The translations under genes and the position numbers were made by a program. The notes under the pieces are model-generated. The model saw only the letters and a list, made by a program, of their open reading frames with translations. It was not told the origin of the DNA and did not search any database. This document shows, one piece after another, positions 60,874 to 64,000 of a stretch of 64,000 bases of DNA. Position 1 is the first letter of the stretch, and every line of letters begins with the position of its first letter. The stretch lies in NCBI GenBank assembly GCA_951406725.2, contig OX597831.1, positions 66,464,001 to 66,528,000 of the forward strand. The letters run 5' to 3'. Source of the DNA: Octopus vulgaris (Eukaryota).

Positions 60874-61925
60874 TTCACCTGAGAAGCTTGACACTCAGAT
60901 ATCTCTCTCTGCAAGCTATAACTACATCACTAATGCCACTGACTGTGATATTGCAATTCATATACTTGAAATACAGCATGTCAAGCTGCTTAATGAAATT
61001 TATGTGCTTCATCTTTCGGAGCACATTTTTATGATGCCATGCATCATAAAAATCAATCAATGAATCCCTTCCAATTTCCCAAACTTTATAGCAAGGACTG
61101 CAATTTTGAGGCCATCACTGTAGATCAGTGATGGCTAAGTTATGTTTAACAACCACTGTTGGTAAACATTACTTTGAATTTGAAGACTGCTGGGATGTTA
61201 AATAATGATGCTAATGGCAGTGGTGATGACAATGAGCTAACAATGAACACTTTCAGACAATGATTTCTACTTTCAAGAGCATAACTACACCTGATCTTCC
61301 TTGTTTACCTGTATCCTTTGAAGAATGAATCATATGAGAAACAATTTGGTGGACACAGTTATGCATATGGATAAGGTTCTGGTCTGCAGAACACAAGCTA
61401 AACACAGCAATCTGGTTAAGTTTCTGTATGTTTCTAAAGAACGGTATCTTATCTTCAATCTTATCTTACTGTTGCTATACACAGAAGGGAAACTGTATAA
61501 TTGACAAGTATTTCATTAAATAAGGTTGGGATTCCTTGGACTTCCTGAAAAGAAGTATCATAATCATAGGCATGCCCAACGAAGCATACGAAGGATTTCT
61601 TCTGGAATTACTGGAACAGTCAATCAAGTTTCAATTATCTCAATTCACATCAGCCAAATGTTTCTTCATTCAACTGCAGCATTCCTTTTGAATCTTTTAT
61701 GAAACTGTCTGTCCCCTCAAGCCATATTCTAATTAAACATTAACTGTATATTATGCCAACCTCCCCAGCTAAACATGAATTCAGAAATCTAAGAATACTT
61801 CCCTTGCTTTATGATCTAACAACATAAATATATAAATATAAATCATTCAGTGTTGTCAGAATTTGTGAACTATGAAAAGATTCTCATGCTTCAATATAAA
61901 GACTGAAGTCTCCAAAAGTACTTAC

Positions 61926-62009
61926 TTTTTTCTTAGCTCTTCTTTTCTCAGCTCGCCGCCTTTCTTTCTCTTCATCTTCTGTTAATTCATTTCTACTTTG
62001 AACTGGTTT
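61926..62009 (-). CDS. TTC31: TTC31-like TPR gene, first confidently seen exon (KPVQSRNELTEDEEKERRRAEKRRAKKK)
   Basis: ttcag acceptor and GTAAGT donor; 84 nt, phase 0-0; the charged coiled-coil motif continues into the next exon as in TTC31-type proteins. Orthology is from recall, not from a search. Confidence 0.85.
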
Positions 62010-64000
62010 CTGAATTAAAAACAAATAGATCTTAAATAATGTAATCTGTCCGACAAGGTTCAAGCTCTTGTAACTTCAATATTTTCTTTTCTACATCAAA
62101 TTTCAAAGGGGGGAAAAAAAGGTGTTGATGACGAAACACTTACCAGGAGTATCACTAGCCTTAAATAAATATACAATTATATGGAAACTAACAATAACCT
62201 TACAAGACTTCTAACAAGGGTAAAGTGAAAATAACATAAACAGAGTGTGGAAAGTTGAAATTAATTATTAATAAAATATTAAATCGTAATAAAAATTTAA
62301 CAAATCAGAAAATTTTAAAAGCAAGTGACATTCTCCCATGAAAACAAAAGCTTTAGTAAATTCAAACAAAATTTTACAGAACTGTTCTCTAAAACATATA
62401 AAACATTGGTTTACACATCTCCAGGTGAAGCATTTATAGGTAACTGAGAGAAATTATGAAAGAAAGATACCCTCACAACTATATTGCTGAATAATTCGTC
62501 TCTTCCAACCAAATCTACTTCTAACAGAATATTAACTCATCATCATCATCATCGTCATCATCATCATCGTTTAATGTCCGCTTTCCATGCTAGCATGGGT
62601 TGGACGATTTTGACTGAGGGCTGGCGAGCCAGATGGCTGCACCAGGCTCCAATCTTGATTTGGCAGAGTTTCTACAGCTTGATGCCCTTCCTAACGCCAG
62701 GATGCCCTTTCATAAAAATACCCCAACAACAATGGACATTTCTTCTTGTACCTCTCGCTCAGACCCTATTTTTCTGCTATTTAAAGATTTGTTTTTAAAA
62801 ATCTCTGTTGCAGTAAAATGACAAAGACCTTGAAACTCTTGTAACCTCTTTCATAGTGGAGTGGAATTATACCCCAGAAGTCTCACTGATTATGATTGCA
62901 AAGCCCTGAAGCAGTATCAACTTATCCTTTGTGATGTAAACAGATAGCAGTTAGATTTTAGCAGCTCCAGCTTTGTCAGCAGCAATAAAACTTTTCATAA
63001 AATTGAATTCCACAAAAAGTGAAATGATGCAATTTAAACTTTGAAAACCATAAAAGCTTCAGAATACTTGTGCCTTTTGAACTATAATGGACAAATTTCT
63101 CTTTGACAAATATCTGAGGAAGCCATAATTTACTGATGCACAATGATAAAACATACACACAGACATATACTTTACTTGATATTTTAATCTTTATAAAACG
63201 TGTGAGTTTTGTCAAATCAACTGAGAAAATTACCCCACTTTTTGTTAAAAATTACCAAATTTTATCAAATTAATCTCATCAATGACTTAGGTAAAATTAC
63301 AAAATATAGTGTTAAGTTTGCTCAAAACAAAATTTCACCATTATGCTAATTATTTACAACAGTAGAGTAGCAACAGAGTTATAGAATGGCGTGCAAAGAA
63401 GGTAGGAAGATCAAGGCCATGTCCTTTCACACCCATTTACAGATACACACTCGTACATACAACTGCTTACATCATCATCATCATCATCATTTAACGTCCG
63501 CTTTCCATGCTAGCATGGGTTGGACGATTTTGACCTATGCTGGCGAGCCAGATGGCTGCACCAGGCTCCAATCTTGATCTGGCAGGGTTTCTACAGCTGG
63601 ATGCCCTTCCTAACGCCAACCACTCCGTGAGTGTAGTGGGTGCTTTTAGGTGCCACCGGCACGGGGCCAGTCAGGTGGCACAGGCAACGACCTCGCTCAA
63701 ATCTTTTTACATGTGCCACCGGCACAGTTGCCAGTGAAGTGACGTTAGAAGGAAAATTGAGAACCAAAGGCCATGTAGACTCAATGACAAGGAATATATA
63801 TTGAGCAAACTTCACATTATACATAGTATTTTTTGCCTAAATCACTAATGAGGTACTTTAATAAGATTATGTAATTTCCAATAAACAATGATGTACTCCT
63901 GTCAGTTGATTAACTGAAATACATGTATGTTTTATAATGCTTAAAATTGATGACATGAGAATCCTAGTGTTTTTATACTACTTATAATACCAAATCTGTT

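Overview
AT-rich animal genomic DNA, most likely an octopus or other coleoid cephalopod (inferred from the SINE and RTE repeat families, not confirmed). The window lies inside one minus-strand gene that the ORF track largely misses. Ten GT-AG exons from 62009 down to 5913 join in phase into 780 nt (260 aa): a K/E/R-rich coiled coil followed by three TPR motifs, TTC31-like, with start and stop not found in the window. The introns are dense with mobile DNA: a near-intact 4.4-kb RTE LINE nested in a SINE, many 5'-truncated RTE and CR1 copies, several tRNA-derived SINE families, 8-bp-TSD, TTAA and TA MITEs, a mariner, a Helitron remnant and two Penelope-like remnants. The most interesting non-coding signals are a full-length U6 snRNA retrocopy fused to a LINE-type 3' stem-loop tail, two intact-looking type I hammerhead ribozymes plus two decayed or partial ones next to (TA)n, and a variable-copy array of structured ~60-nt units in the RTE 3' UTR. 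All calls were made by eye, no database search was run, and repeat boundaries are approximate unless a TSD is quoted.
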